A DNA stretch of 63,224 bases, filler included, from Collodictyon triciliatum (GCA_043381765.1; 50 parts of 50 records of this genome joined end to end with filler, not necessarily neighbours in it), one strand, 5' to 3'; shown: positions 25,411 through 38,203, counted from the first letter of the whole stretch. The notes: generated by a model not told the origin, from the sequence alone. A program made the numbers and translations.

Positions 25411-26132
25411 AGCTTCTTCAGCTTTTTTAGCTTCTTCAGCTCTTTTAGCTTCTTCAGCTTTTTTAGCTTCTTCAGCTCTTTTAGCTTCTTCAGCTTTTTT
25501 AGCTTCTTCAGCTCTTTTAGCTTCAGCTGCGGTATCGACCTAGAGTTATGTTAGTTGTGTCCTGTGTTGTGTATGTGGGGGTTGGGGGTGGATGTGTGCT
25601 TACGGGGTCGTAGAGCTGCAGCTTTCGGAGGGTGTCGGCAAAGTTCAGTGTCATTCCAGACCAAGGTTTCTCTGTGTTGTTCCAGCAGGGGAGATTTGAG
25701 ATGCCACGCGGGGCTCTCTTTATGGTTTGTCGGCTCTGCCATTCGATGAGTAGTCTTTTCAGATTTGTGAGTGCTGTGATCTGTGCTGGAAGCTCCTCCA
25801 TCTGCGTGTATCGTTGTCAGTCATTTTCTTTTAAACATAAATAGTAATATAATGTATGAATAAAAACATACTGGATTTGTATGAACAGAAAGCTCTGTGA
25901 GACCAGTCAAACACGATATTTGTGCAGGTAGTGACGACAACTTATTGAAACCAAGACCCAATGCTTTCAGACCAGTCAACAAAAAAACACCAGGTGGCAC
26001 AGATGACAGATTCTTGAAATTGAGTTCCAGGAATGTGGAGCTTTTTAGAGCGGCAATATCAGGTTTCCCAGAGAGATTCAGGACTTCTTCCATCAGTGCA
26101 TCCACTTGGGCAGGTGTGAGACAGTCGGACAT
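25411..26132 (-). CDS. LRR protein copy A: N-cap + short LRR array + C-cap + (AEEAKK/R)n stalk; exons 26132-25872, 25801-25604, 25539-<25411
   Basis: NKLSSLPAQISCLTGL repeat; phase-0 GT-AG introns of 70 and 64 nt; exon 3 reads VDTAAEAKRAEEAKKAEEAKR.. Confidence 0.88.
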
Positions 26133-26134
26133 CT

Positions 26135-26505
26135 GGACAGATTCCGGCTGTATATATGGGTAGACTGGCTAGGTGTCAATACAATACACATCATTTATTT
26201 GTTTTATGAGTGGACTTGACAATCACACAGGACAGAATTACTCGAGTCAGGATGGTGGGGTTGTGCACTTAGAGATCAGAAAGTACTTTGTGAATAAAAA
26301 AAGACGAGCAAGGATTTCGACAAGACAACATTAAATATCCCGCAAAGGCCGGCGGATTTTTCAGAGAAGACGACTTGTGCAGAACTTGTGTGCTTGTGCT
26401 TCCTTGGAAATTCACCGGTTCGAGGTTGGCCACAGACAAGGTTGACCTCTTGCATCGAAAGTCTTGGGAATAGCTGGGTGCTTGTCGCGTGCGTCACCGG
26501 GCGTC
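26135..26505 (-). promoter_or_regulatory. Conserved upstream/5'UTR block of the LRR gene family (copy A)
   Basis: About 22 differences in ~345 nt versus 57022-57366; begins with a TGACGC direct repeat; possible 5'UTR intron ending tccag. Confidence 0.7.
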
Positions 26506-26677
26506 ACCAAAGACCTGGGAATTGCCATATGGTTGGGAATACTGGGGGTGGCCACATGAGTCGCGTTGGTGCGGAGGNNNNNNNNNNNNNNNNNNNNNNN
26601 NNNNNNNNNNNNNNNNNNNNNTTAATTAATTAANNNNNNNNNNNNNNNNNNNNNNNNNNNNNNNNNNNNNNNNNNNN

Positions 26678-27844
26678 AGGACGTGACTCTAATGGTGGAC
26701 AGCCCTGCCCTCGGACTCCGGATCGCCTTCCCAAGAAAAGAAAACGCAGCTGCCTTCATTAAGGAGGGGTCGTTTAAGCTCCTCAATCACCAATACACCC
26801 CCATGCCAGCCAAAACTGTCACAAAGGTTGCGCACCTGTCTAACATACCGCTGGGTGTCAGCTGGACTGACATTTTCGAAGCCTGCAGCGAATACTTCAC
26901 CCCAATCAAAGTCAACTGGACAAAGCCTGGAGGAATATGCATGAATGATGCACTCGTTACTTATGACAAAGAACAGGAAGAATTGGGGAAAATACCTACC
27001 TTTGTCGTCATTCATGGCAGACGCTGTCGCGTGGAGATACGCGCCCTCAAAGAGTCTGACATCCCACCAACTCTCCCCAACAAAGAAGGGTATGACACAA
27101 AAGGTCAAGCCACAAAAAAAAAACAGCTACTGCCAAGCCGATGCCCACCAATCAGGCGGCCACCAACAAACAAAACACCGCCACTCGCTTCTCGGGCTTC
27201 CACGCAAAAGTAGCCGACTATTGCGCTAAAGACTGGCCAACCGTGCAGGAATCGTCTGTGCAAAACAATTCCAGAGCCCACAAACAAGGCCAAAGGCAAC
27301 ACGCGTCGTCTTCTAATGCCAGAGGGATAAATCGTGACAAGACATCCGCGTATTAAGTTCTCGAGGTCTCAACCAAGACAAGGGTTCAGGAATGGCCCCA
27401 AAATCAAGAAATGGATATCGAAATGATGGACGAAACACCAGTCGATTTGTACGCATGTGCTTCATCAAGTTCGCCAATGAACACAGAGGAAGCAATATCA
27501 ATCGTGGAATGGCCTCAAGGAAGTGGAGGAAACATGGCTAGCCCTCAAGATTTCCAACCTCCTCAAGCCGATGATATCTCACCAAACTCTCCTTTAAACC
27601 ATGGAGAGAACGCCGAGGAAAGGGAAGTCCAAGCCAACTCGGTAACAGAATCGGGAAACAGCATAATGGCACCCAGCAAACCACACCCGCCTACCTCCTT
27701 AGAGGGCATGACTCCTGGGACCACTCGAGAGACTCTTTCTTCAGCAAGTACTGCGCAATCCATAAGAAGCGACGTCCCAGACTCGGGATTGGAAGAACAA
27801 CAGTCCATCCAACCTGTCGTCATCATAGAAGGTTCTACTGAAGA
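26678..27844 (+). mobile_element. LINE ORF1 (subfamily beta), frameshifted copy
   Basis: IAFPRKENAAAFIKEGSFKLLN..VAHLSNIPLGVSWTDIFEACSEYF..GGICMNDALV..IPTFVVIHGRRCRV is a Tx1/L1 ORF1 pattern; the 3' part matches 18490-18960. Confidence 0.82.
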
Positions 27845-28173
27845 NNNNNNNNNNNNNNNNNNNNNNNNNNNNNNNNNNNNNNNNNNNNTTAATTAATTAA
27901 NNNNNNNNNNNNNNNNNNNNNNNNNNNNNNNNNNNNNNNNNNNNGAATGCCTCTCCAATTACTCTAGACACATCACCAACAAGGTTTTCAGCCTAAAATG
28001 TTTCAGGGTCATTGAGGACTCAAATAATCCTTATTTTACTATTACTAGATTCAAAGTGTAAAATTACATGAATATATTAATCGATGGGATAAAAAGTTCA
28101 TTTATCTTAAGAGGAGAGAATTTCCCTTGTCATTTGTTGTTGAGGAGAAATTTCTACTACAATATTGTATCAT

Positions 28174-28973
28174 ACCTCAACAACTAACTTTGGCAAGAAC
28201 CGGGACTGGCAAAATGTGCTTTGCTTTAAAACCTCTTGAATAGTCAAGGGTGGAATCCCTTTCGTGCGTTTGTTCCTCTTGTGTATAATTTTCGAGATAG
28301 CGATGTAATTAAACAAAACATACTTGCGAAGGTGGTCTATGGTTTCGCTCAAATTGACCAACATCGTTGTCATCTCCAGTATTTTTGCAAATGAATATTT
28401 CGGGGAGGTGAGTAAATGTGCTGCACTTTGAGACGATGAGCCAAAGTGCAATAAAGAAGTCTTTGCATCCTTCAAATTCTCAAAGTAGCTGCGAATCAAA
28501 TTGAACTGGTCCACGCTGTCTCTCTCCACCACCGCATAGAACTGATCTATCCGAACAAGCTCCGATGACAGCTGATGCAAAAAGATTGCATGAATGGAAT
28601 TTGCTGTGCTAATATGCGTCGACTCAAAAGCGATGCGCCAGTTCGTGTAACCAGTCCCTGATCCAAAGAAACAAGTGCTGCTCGAGTTGTTTTGCCCCTT
28701 GGTTCCTGAGAACGGTGTTGGCGTTGCGGACGAGGACGATGAAGTCGATGAAGGAGAGTGCAGAAGCGAAGAGGACGCGTGGTACGACGTTCCCTGATTC
28801 GGTATGGGTGCGCAGAATGTGACGGAACCAAGGGCAGGGAGTTGCCGCGTCATCCCCACGGGCGTGTTTGCGCTGGGGTTGCAGTCGATGGCCTTCTTGA
28901 GGGTCTTATAGTCGAGATAGAAAGCATCCCAGCCTGAGCGGGCCGCATGCTTGAGACGCTTGCCGAATTTCAT
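28174..28973 (-). CDS. SPX-domain protein, first exon
   Basis: MKFGKRL..WDAFYLDYKTLKKAI..LSSELVRIDQFY..LRKYVLFNYIAISKIIHKRNK are SPX motifs. Confidence 0.93.
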
Positions 28974-29485
28974 CGTCCTTGGGCGAGCAAGTCGGTGTGT
29001 TGTGAGATAGCGAGCCGCATTTTGTTTTTTTTGTTTTTTTGTTTTTTTTTTTTTTTGTTTTTTTGTTTTTTTGTTTTTTTGTTTTTTTGTTTTTTTGTTT
29101 TTTTGTTTNNNNNNNNNNNNNNNNNNNNNNNNNNNNNNNNNNNNNNNNNNNNTTAATTAATTAANNNNNNNNNNNNNNNNNNNNNNNNNNNNNNNNNNNN
29201 NNNNNNNNAAAACAAAAAAAAAAAAAAACAAAAAAACAAAAAAACAAAAAAACAAAAAAACAAAAAAACAAAAAAACAAAAAAACAAAAAAACAAAAAAA
29301 CAAAAAACCGAATACCAATATAAACATAAATAGATATCGAATAAAGGAAAAAAATAAACATAAATAGATAGACGAGCTCATCATTTTTCTGTCTGCGCAT
29401 GTGATTTTTTTATGGCTAAAAACCAAAACATCGAATTCATGAGCAATATATAACAAAAAAGAAAAAGAAAAGAAAAGAAAAGAAC

Positions 29486-30176
29486 TTGGTTGACAGCTGG
29501 TGAAACGGTGCAATCTGCCAACAAAATTTGGAGATGGCGAACATTGTAATTGCTAACACCAATCGCCCTGATTTTTTTCTCCTGGTACAGTTTCTCAAGT
29601 GCTCTCCAAGACTCAGCACGAAGGCGAGCATGATCCTGTATTTCAAAGTAGATGACAAACCGAAAGAGGCAAAGGGAATAAAAAAAGAAAAAGAAAACAT
29701 GTTTAGAGTAAATCGATATTCACGGTAGCGTCTTGGGCATCAGTCGATGATGGATGATGGATCAAAAAAAGGTCTAGATAGTCCAGTTGCAGTTTGCGTA
29801 GACTTTCTTCAAACGCATCAAGAGCTTTCTGATATCCCTGAGAAGATATCTGTATAGTGTTTAATGTATGAGAAAAAAAAATTCTTTCGATGCTTGATCA
29901 TGTCCACCGATTTTTGTGGTGATCATATTAATCTCTTTCTCTCTTTCTCTTCCCCAAAGCGAGGAAGAAGAAGGATGCAATGGCAAGCAAATGTCACTTT
30001 TCGGTTTAGAAGAAGTACCCATAGCTTGGAGGTGATGAAGAGTTGTTCACGAGGCACACTCAATTCCTTCAATGCATCTCCAATCTCCTGTTCATTCTCA
30101 TAAAAGGCTGCTGTGTCAATGTGGCGCATTCCAAGAGTTTCTACAGCGTACTTGATAGACTCCTTCACACTCGTCC
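29486..30176 (-). CDS. Aldo-keto reductase, multi-exon, partial
   Basis: [74 protein letters not shown]. Confidence 0.93.
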
Positions 30177-32039
30177 CTAATTTGAGGATTTTCGACCGTT
30201 AGTGTACGTGCGGCAAGGTTTAAAGAAAAGAATAATCAATCAAGTCCAAAATAAAATAAAATAATAATGAAATAAAACAAAATAAAACAAAATAAAACAA
30301 AATAAAACAAAATAAAACAAAATAAAACAAAATAAAACAAAATAAAACAAAATAAAACAAAATAAAACAAAATANNNNNNNNNNNNNNNNNNNNNNNNNN
30401 NNNNNNNNNNNNNNNNNNTTAATTAATTAANNNNNNNNNNNNNNNNNNNNNNNNNNNNNNNNNNNNNNNNNNNNTTTTCTTTTTCTTTTTCTTTTTCTTT
30501 TTCTTTTCTTTTTCTTTTTCTTTTTCTTTTTCTTTTTCTTTTTCTTTTTCTTTTTCTTTTTCTTTTTCTTTTTTTCCTACAACTCACAAATGTTTCAGAG
30601 GTCATGCGATCATCTAGCGTGTTCACGATTAATGCGCCGGCCTCGAATACCCTTGGTTCTTGGTTCTTTGGTGATTGGTTCTTTGGTGATTGGTTCTTTG
30701 GTTCTTGGTTCTTTGTTCTTGGTTCTTTGTTCTTGGTTCTTGGTTATTGGTTCTTGGTTCTTTGGTGATTGGCTTCTCTTGTGCATTCCTCCAGCTGCAG
30801 CAGAATTATAAGTGAAGCTAGCTTCAGAGAATAGCACAGGAATGATAATTCTTTGAATGTTTGTTTGTGTCCAATTTATCTATTTGCGGAAAATAATATA
30901 AGCATCTAATCATGGGCTACAATGACGAATATATTTGTTTATGCAATTGATTATATATTTTAATGTCAATACTCTACTCTGATCAGAATTTCAAGCATCG
31001 TAACGTGTATAGTAGGTATAAATATTTCGAATGGCTCATTTTCTTGGCTGTGCGTCAGCTTTAGTTTTAATTATTCGTCATCATCTTCGTTACCCTTTTC
31101 AATCTTTTCTTATGTTTTCCCTTGTTTTCCTTTGCTTTCTGTTCCGTTCTGTTCCTTTCCTTTCCATTCTTTTCTTTTCTTTTCTTTTCTTTTCTTTTCT
31201 TTTCTTTTCTTTTCTTTTCTTTTCTTTTCTTTTCTTTTCTTTTCCGTTCAGTTCAGTTCAGTTCTTTTCTTTTCCTTATTTCTCCTTATCCTTCCTACGA
31301 GATCACCCTCCAGATGGCCAACAGAGAAGAGCGCAACGAGAATGAAGTTGATATCGAAGGAAGTGGAATCCTTTGTGTGCTTCCGTCTGGGGACTTCCAA
31401 GGTTCTTGATAGCTATGTCTACGGCCTTTCATTTGCCTATTGAGTCTTAAGTTTCCATTAATTCTCGGCTTGGAAGAATATTAAGAGTGTGCCTATATAC
31501 CTATTTAATGGGCCAGTACCAAACGAGTGAGATGTTGACATAGTTCTTCTTCTTCTTCTTCTTCTTCTTCTTCTTCTTCTTCTTCTTCTTCTTCTTCTTC
31601 TTCTTCTTCTTCTTCTTCTTCTTCTTCTTCTTCTTCTTCTNNNNNNNNNNNNNNNNNNNNNNNNNNNNNNNNNNNNNNNNNNNNTTAATTAATTAANNNN
31701 NNNNNNNNNNNNNNNNNNNNNNNNNNNNNNNNNNNNNNNNAGAGACAGAGACAGAGACAGAGACAGAGACAGAGACAGAGACAGAGACAGAGACAGAGAC
31801 AGAGACAGAGACAGAGACAGAGACAGAGACAGAGACAGAGACATAGACATGGACATAGACATAGACATAGACAGAGACATAGACAGATCAAATGTGTTAA
31901 AAGAGAGCACTGAAAAGAAAGCGGATGTTTTCCATGCCGTTGTGAAAGATAGAATATATATATATGGAAATTATAGGTAACGTTGTAATAAGGCAATTAG
32001 TGAAATGAGAAATAAATGGTCCGATGATTATGTAAAATC

Positions 32040-32772
32040 ATGCTTTGCATTGTGATCGGATTGAATCGAAGAAGAAGAGTCGGATGGGCCTTGCCCGTGC
32101 TTCATCAGCATTAATGGCATCTGCTTCAGCAGTCTCCAGGATATTGCTATTGGTATATTATTAGATTAGACTTGGATGATATTTGATTTGTCTGTATCAC
32201 AACTACTAAAAGTATGAATAATTCAAGTCTCTATTTTGATAGTGTATCATCCCTTTTTCTTTTTTTTTTTTTCATTTTCATTATCATTATTTATATTTTT
32301 TGGCATTCATCAATGTTTGACGAAGAAAAGAAAAAAAATTATTTTTTTTACTTTTAACCAATTTCATGGTGAGCTTTTCCCAAGTCCCTACGAGACTGGT
32401 TTCATTTACTCTCTGAATATTAATTTTTAGGCGATTTAAATCAGGAATCATAAACTCCTTCATTCCCTTTGTGCTTAAGATAAATTCACAGGGGGTTATC
32501 GTAATGTTGTTGAAGACGACCTACATTCATTTTGATTTAGAGCAAAAACTTAATTAAAAAATTTCAAATTTTTCTTGTAAAAAAAAAAAAATAAGACCAA
32601 GAATTAATTCATATAGACACTCTTTTAGTTTCATTTTTGTTTTTATATTCCTATGAGGCCCAGCATAGCCTTACTGTTTTTTCAGCCCTTTCTTTCATAA
32701 CGGATATATCATTTTCTTCCTCTTTGCCATCCCCGTGCTGCACTTTCATATCAGATGTCATATTTGATGCCG
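32040..32772 (-). CDS. Multi-exon protein of unknown function, partial
   Basis: Several open GT-AG-bounded segments (e.g. VVFNNITITPCEFILSTKGMKEF, RVNETSLVGTWEKLTMKL); no family recognised. Confidence 0.35.
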
Positions 32773-33006
32773 CTACAAGACAGTTATTTAAATTTTAATT
32801 CAATACTAATATTTATGAATAATTTTAGGAACTGAAAAAAATTGATAATCTCGATGTTTTTTTCCGGAAAAATTTAAATAGATACTAATGTGATTATCAA
32901 TATAGGNNNNNNNNNNNNNNNNNNNNNNNNNNNNNNNNNNNNNNNNNNNNTTAATTAATTAANNNNNNNNNNNNNNNNNNNNNNNNNNNNNNNNNNNNNN
33001 NNNNNN

Positions 33007-33140
33007 TAATACTACAAATAATACTACAAATAATACTACAAATAATACTACAAATAATACTACAAATAATACTACAAATAATACTACAAATAATACTACA
33101 AATAATACTACAAATAATCCTACAAATAATACTACAAATA
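33007..33140. repeat. 12-bp tandem repeat (TAATACTACAAA)n
   Basis: Direct reading. Confidence 0.95.
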
Positions 33141-33221
33141 CTACTAATAATAATGCTAATAATAAGCCACAAATATTAGAATACTAGTAAAACTCCAAAT
33201 CAAACAAAGGAATAATAATAG

Positions 33222-33812
33222 TTAATACTTGTGCTCTCGATCCAAAGCAATGCACATAAGACATATGAAAGAGGAATCACCTCGACCGAAAGAGGCCAGC
33301 AAGCTCGGAGGAAGGCGATCAGTCGTGCGATCGGCAGGCGGCAAAATCCTGCGCGGATCAACCTCTATGTACAATCGGGCCAAGAAGCGCGCCTGCTTTG
33401 CGTTTGCCTCGCGGGCCAAATGCAGCGTGGAGCACGGAGTCGGCCCAGCCACAGATCCAAGCGCCTTGTGGACTTTTCGCAGCTGATCAAAAACCGGCGT
33501 GATCGAGCCGATCGGCCCCGAAACAACGACACAAGGGTGTGCTTTGAGCAGGTGGGCCAAAGCGTTTGTGTCCAGTGCGCAGGTCCACACAGGAACTTCG
33601 GCCGGCTGCTGCGTGTGCTGCTCAGCGGGTTCGCTCCGCGTGGTGGGCGGATTTATGCAGAGAACGAGTCCGGCTTTCCAGCGTTGTCGGAAGGCTTCTT
33701 CGGGCGAAAAGCTGAACGACAAAGGCGCGCTGGTCAGGCAGGCTTGTTGGTGTGCTGCGTGCAAGGACAGAGAGTGCCTGAGGCCTTTGGCCATACTTGT
33801 CCACAGCTGCAT
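33222..33812 (-). CDS. Hypothetical protein (GC-rich ORF)
   Basis: GC-rich 196-codon ORF in an AT-rich context; no motif recognised; strand uncertain. Confidence 0.4.
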   Translation of the reverse strand: MQLWTSMAKGLRHSLSLHAAHQQACLTSAPLSFSFSPEEAFRQRWKAGLVLCINPPTTRSEPAEQHTQQPAEVPVWTCALDTNALAHLLKAHPCVVVSGPIGSITPVFDQLRKVHKALGSVAGPTPCSTLHLAREANAKQARFLARLYIEVDPRRILPPADRTTDRLPPSLLASFGRGDSSFICLMCIALDREHKY

Positions 33813-34272
33813 CTGTGGCTGTTTGTGAATCGTCGAGAGTTATTTCTGTTTTTTTTTCTGGCTATTTATATATACATATCTGTTTAGTTGTTTATCTTAT
33901 TCGGAGGATATGCGAATCTCGTAGTGATTTGTTTTGGTCAGCGAACAAAAGCTAAAACCTCCCTTTCTCGCTCAAACTGTAGGGGAGAATAAATATAAAT
34001 ATAAATATAAATATAAATATAAATATAAATATAAATATAAATATAAATATAAATATAAATATAAATATAAATATAAATAATAATACTACTACTAATAATA
34101 ATACTAATAATAATACTAATAATAATACTAATAATAATACTAATAATAATACTAATAATAATACTAATAATANNNNNNNNNNNNNNNNNNNNNNNNNNNN
34201 NNNNNNNNNNNNNNNNTTAATTAATTAANNNNNNNNNNNNNNNNNNNNNNNNNNNNNNNNNNNNNNNNNNNN

Positions 34273-34367
<95 letters not shown>

Positions 34368-34513
34368 GAATCCAAAAAAAAACAAACAAATCGTGCTGGA
34401 GAGAAGAAAGAGAACAGAAGAATGAAATAAAAATGCCAGTCGTTCACTTTTTCTTCTGCGGCTTTGGAATCTGCACAGATCGACAAACAGACAGCAACGC
34501 CTGCACCGAAGCG

Positions 34514-35311
34514 ATGTGTGGTAAGTCTGTTTTTTTTTCTTTCTGTTAGACTTCGCCACTCAAACTTTGGCTTTTTGGCAGCGTGCTCTCTTATGAAAAG
34601 TAAAGAAAATAATAACCCAATATTAACACGCGGAAAGGTATATTTGCTTTTCTCAACCACAACACTCCCTTCAAGCGTCGTGCCATTCTGGAGATTTTGA
34701 TCAACGGGCTTCGAAGGTTTCTATATTGCATGCATAGCTATCGAGTCGCGTATATAAATATTACATATCCAGGAATGAAAACACCCTTTTTCTTTTTCTT
34801 TTCTATTTGTTATGTTTTCTTTTCATTTTATTTCAAACATGTACCTACACCATTGCGTATTCATTTCACACATATGTGGTCCTTTGAATATCAATATGTG
34901 CCTAAAATATCACAATACGTGCGATTTTTGTTTCAAAGACTTGAATACCGTGGGTACGACTCTGCTGGAGTTGCCATCGATGGCCTTTCAGATAAGACGC
35001 TGATATACAAACAGCAGGTACTTATCCTAAAAAAAGGGCATTCTTTATATTTTGTTGAAATACTGATTTCATCGTAATATGTGACAGGGTGCAGAAACAC
35101 TTAAACAATAATGACAATGACAATGATTATAATAATAGTAGCAATCCTCCCTCGTTTCTCCTTGGCATGATGAATGGATACGAATAACAATTTTCTTTGG
35201 TTATTTCATTACGAATTTCCTTTGAACAGGGCAACGTGTCTGCGTTGTGGAATATGGTTGTCGAAAACGAAAGGGAGTGGGAAGATGAAGAGATGCTCAG
35301 CACTCATGTTG
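34514..35311 (+). CDS. GFPT: Glutamine--fructose-6-phosphate aminotransferase (GFAT), first four exons (34514-34520, 34638-34716, 34939-35017, 35230-35311)
   Basis: Spliced [44 protein letters not shown]..; N-terminal nucleophile Cys and the [10 protein letters not shown] signature. Confidence 0.95.
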
Positions 35312-35366
35312 GTTTGTGACGTATATCGGATGTAGCAAAAACAACACATCTATAGCTTTCCTTGCC

Positions 35367-35438
<72 letters not shown>

Positions 35439-35719
35439 NNNNNNNNNNNNNNNNNNNNNNNNNNNNNNNNNNNNNNNNNNNNTTAATTAATTAANNNNNN
35501 NNNNNNNNNNNNNNNNNNNNNNNNNNNNNNNNNNNNNNAAAAAAGAAAGAAAAAAAGAAAGAAAAAAAGAAAGAAAAAAAGAAAGAAAAAAAGAAAGAAA
35601 AAAAGAAAGAAAAAAAGAAAGAAAAAAAGAAAGAAAAGGAAAAGAACAAAATGAACAGGGCGTTACTTCTCACGATAACTGCAATTATTGGGCGCATATA
35701 TACATATCCAACAGCCCAC

Positions 35720-35968
35720 CTTTGAGCGCTTCAGGTACGTGTCCACACCGATCGTCGGAGAGTACTTTGCGTCGAAAGGCTACGCAGAGAGAACAGTTCG
35801 GTTGAGCCCTGCGCATCGGTCTTTTACTCGACAAAGCAGCCTCACCTTCTTCATGAATCTGCGCAGGATGGAGGTTTTGCCAGAGCCGGCCGGCCCGAGA
35901 GCAAGAATGCGGCAGAGTTGGACTTGGCGGGGGGCAATCGCAGGCGGCCCTGTTCGCTTCCGGTCCAT
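35720..35968 (-). CDS. Rab-like small GTPase, first exons
   Basis: RILALGPAGSGKTSILRRFMKK (P-loop)|PFDAKYSPTIGVDTYLK (switch I PTIGVD). Confidence 0.82.
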
Positions 35969-36578
35969 GGGGACTGTGGCTTTTGCGTGAGCGGCAGGGC
36001 TTGATAGGCCTTTCCTCTTTCCTCTTGTTCGTGTTTGTGTTTACATTGATGAAGTTTATGATGGTGATGCTTTGCGATGATTTACACAAGCGCATAAAGT
36101 GATGAAGTAAGTCAGTTGTTGTTGAGGTCGAGGCGATAACAGACACATGTTTCAGAAGGAAGCTCCGAATGATGAAGGGTTGCGCTGGGTTTAAATGCCT
36201 TCTTTTTCTTTTTCTCTTTTTCTTCTTTCTTTGTGGAGCCAAGATGTAGGGTTGTTCGTGAGAAAGAAGGCCAGGTGACGAAGGCGCTGCTCATTTGGAG
36301 GCGTTCGCAATATGGGAAGCGTACTTTGTAATCCAAGGATGCGACAGGACCTCGGTTAGTGGCAAGCGCTTCTTGGAATCGCGTACAAGAAGCTGGAGAG
36401 CAATAGAGACATCCCACAGAAGGGACAAAAGTCAACAGACAGGACAATGGAGTAAAAAGGACGAAGTGCTTTGTAAGTAATTTGTGATTAAAGTAAAAAA
36501 GAAAAAAGAAAAGAAAAAAAAGAAAAGAAAAAAAAGAAAAGAAAAAAAAGAAAAGAAAAAAAAGAAAAGAAAAAAAAG

Positions 36579-36704
<126 letters not shown>

Positions 36705-38203
36705 NNNNNNNNNNNNNNNNNNNNNNNNNNNNNNNNNNNNNNNNNNNNTTAATTAATTAANNNNNNNNNNNNNNNNNNNNNNNNNNNNNNNNNNNNNNNN
36801 NNNNGAATAAAAAAGAATAAAAAAGAATAAAAAAGAATAAAAAAGAATAAAAAAGAATAAAAAAGAATAAAAAAGAATAAAAAAGAATAAAAAAGAATAA
36901 AAAAGAATAAAAAAAGAATAAAAAAAGAATAAAAAAGAATAAAAAAGAATAATAAAGAATAATAAAGAATAAAAAAAGGATAAAAAAAGAATAAAAAAGA
37001 ATAAAAAGAATAAAAAGAAAATAGAGGCACATGTGAAGAGTCGGGATACGATTCAGTATTTCAGCTCTTCGTTTGATGGGTGCTGGATGCTGGCTGGCTG
37101 GCTTATCGAGGGACAACGCAAGGATCCTGGATCACAGAGCAAGCCGCCGCTAAGCTTTGCAAACTCTTATCCCAACAATCCACATATAGAAATCCGAAAC
37201 GGCTCATTCTGGCAAACGCGTTTCCATCAAGGGCCGAAATCCAGGGTTTGCGGGATGGGCTCCATCGCCAGCCTGGGTGCACTATCCTGGAGATTGAAGG
37301 CCGTAAGACATATGCCACGGTTCCTTCGGTATGATACTGAGAATGTATCCTCACCAAAATCTTAATTAAATGTTTCGAAGTTTCAATATTAAAAACGAAC
37401 TATCTGCCGTATTATTATAATTCTCATTCTCTTCAAAGGCCTTGTGGGCTGGATTTACGTTTATTTTTATTTATTTATTTTTTTTTAATGTTTTTACGAT
37501 AATTGAGTTTACTGACCGTCCTTGCATTACCGAATTCCTCCTGGAGGTCTCATCTTTTCACAATCATCTTTGATAGATTATGCATCAACGCCTGGCTCCG
37601 CTTATCACCCGTAACCTGTCAATGAGAATCGAAAAGAAATGAATATGCGATGGTGTCTAATGCAAACGTCGCGTCCTACTTGATGGTGCAGCAATAATTT
37701 ACATATAATTTCCAAAATAAAAATAACGGGACCTATTTGTGGATATAATTCAAAAATTTTTGACTCTAAGGATTATTCTGTCTGATCTTCAATCCGCCGA
37801 GCTTACTGGTATCCTGTATCGTGTGCGCTGCGAGACACGGGCGCGAGAAGGCTGAATTCTCCAAGCACTGGAGCTGAAAGAAAAATAAAAATAAAAATAA
37901 AAATAAAAATAAAAATAAAAATAAAAATAAAAATAAAAATAAAAATAAAAAGAAAAAAGAAAAAAGAAANNNNNNNNNNNNNNNNNNNNNNNNNNNNNNN
38001 NNNNNNNNNNNNNTTAATTAATTAANNNNNNNNNNNNNNNNNNNNNNNNNNNNNNNNNNNNNNNNNNNNGCGTTGTTGAGTCCCTCAAGCCGTCGTATGG
38101 CTCTGTCAGTTGATGTAGTAAGAAACCGCCCTACCCCTCGTGCTCCTCGTTGTGCGTAATTTACAATCATACTGAAAGCACAGATAAAAATCTAGGGTAT
38201 AGC

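Noticed and set aside
13115-28973. Pho80-like cyclin and SPX gene as a phosphate-signalling cluster
   Set aside because: They are on different unlinked contigs ordered only by length
34433-34513. Upstream in-frame ATG adding 27 aa before the GFAT MCGIF start
   Set aside because: GFAT needs Cys at position 2; a short open stretch can arise by chance and there is no transcript evidence
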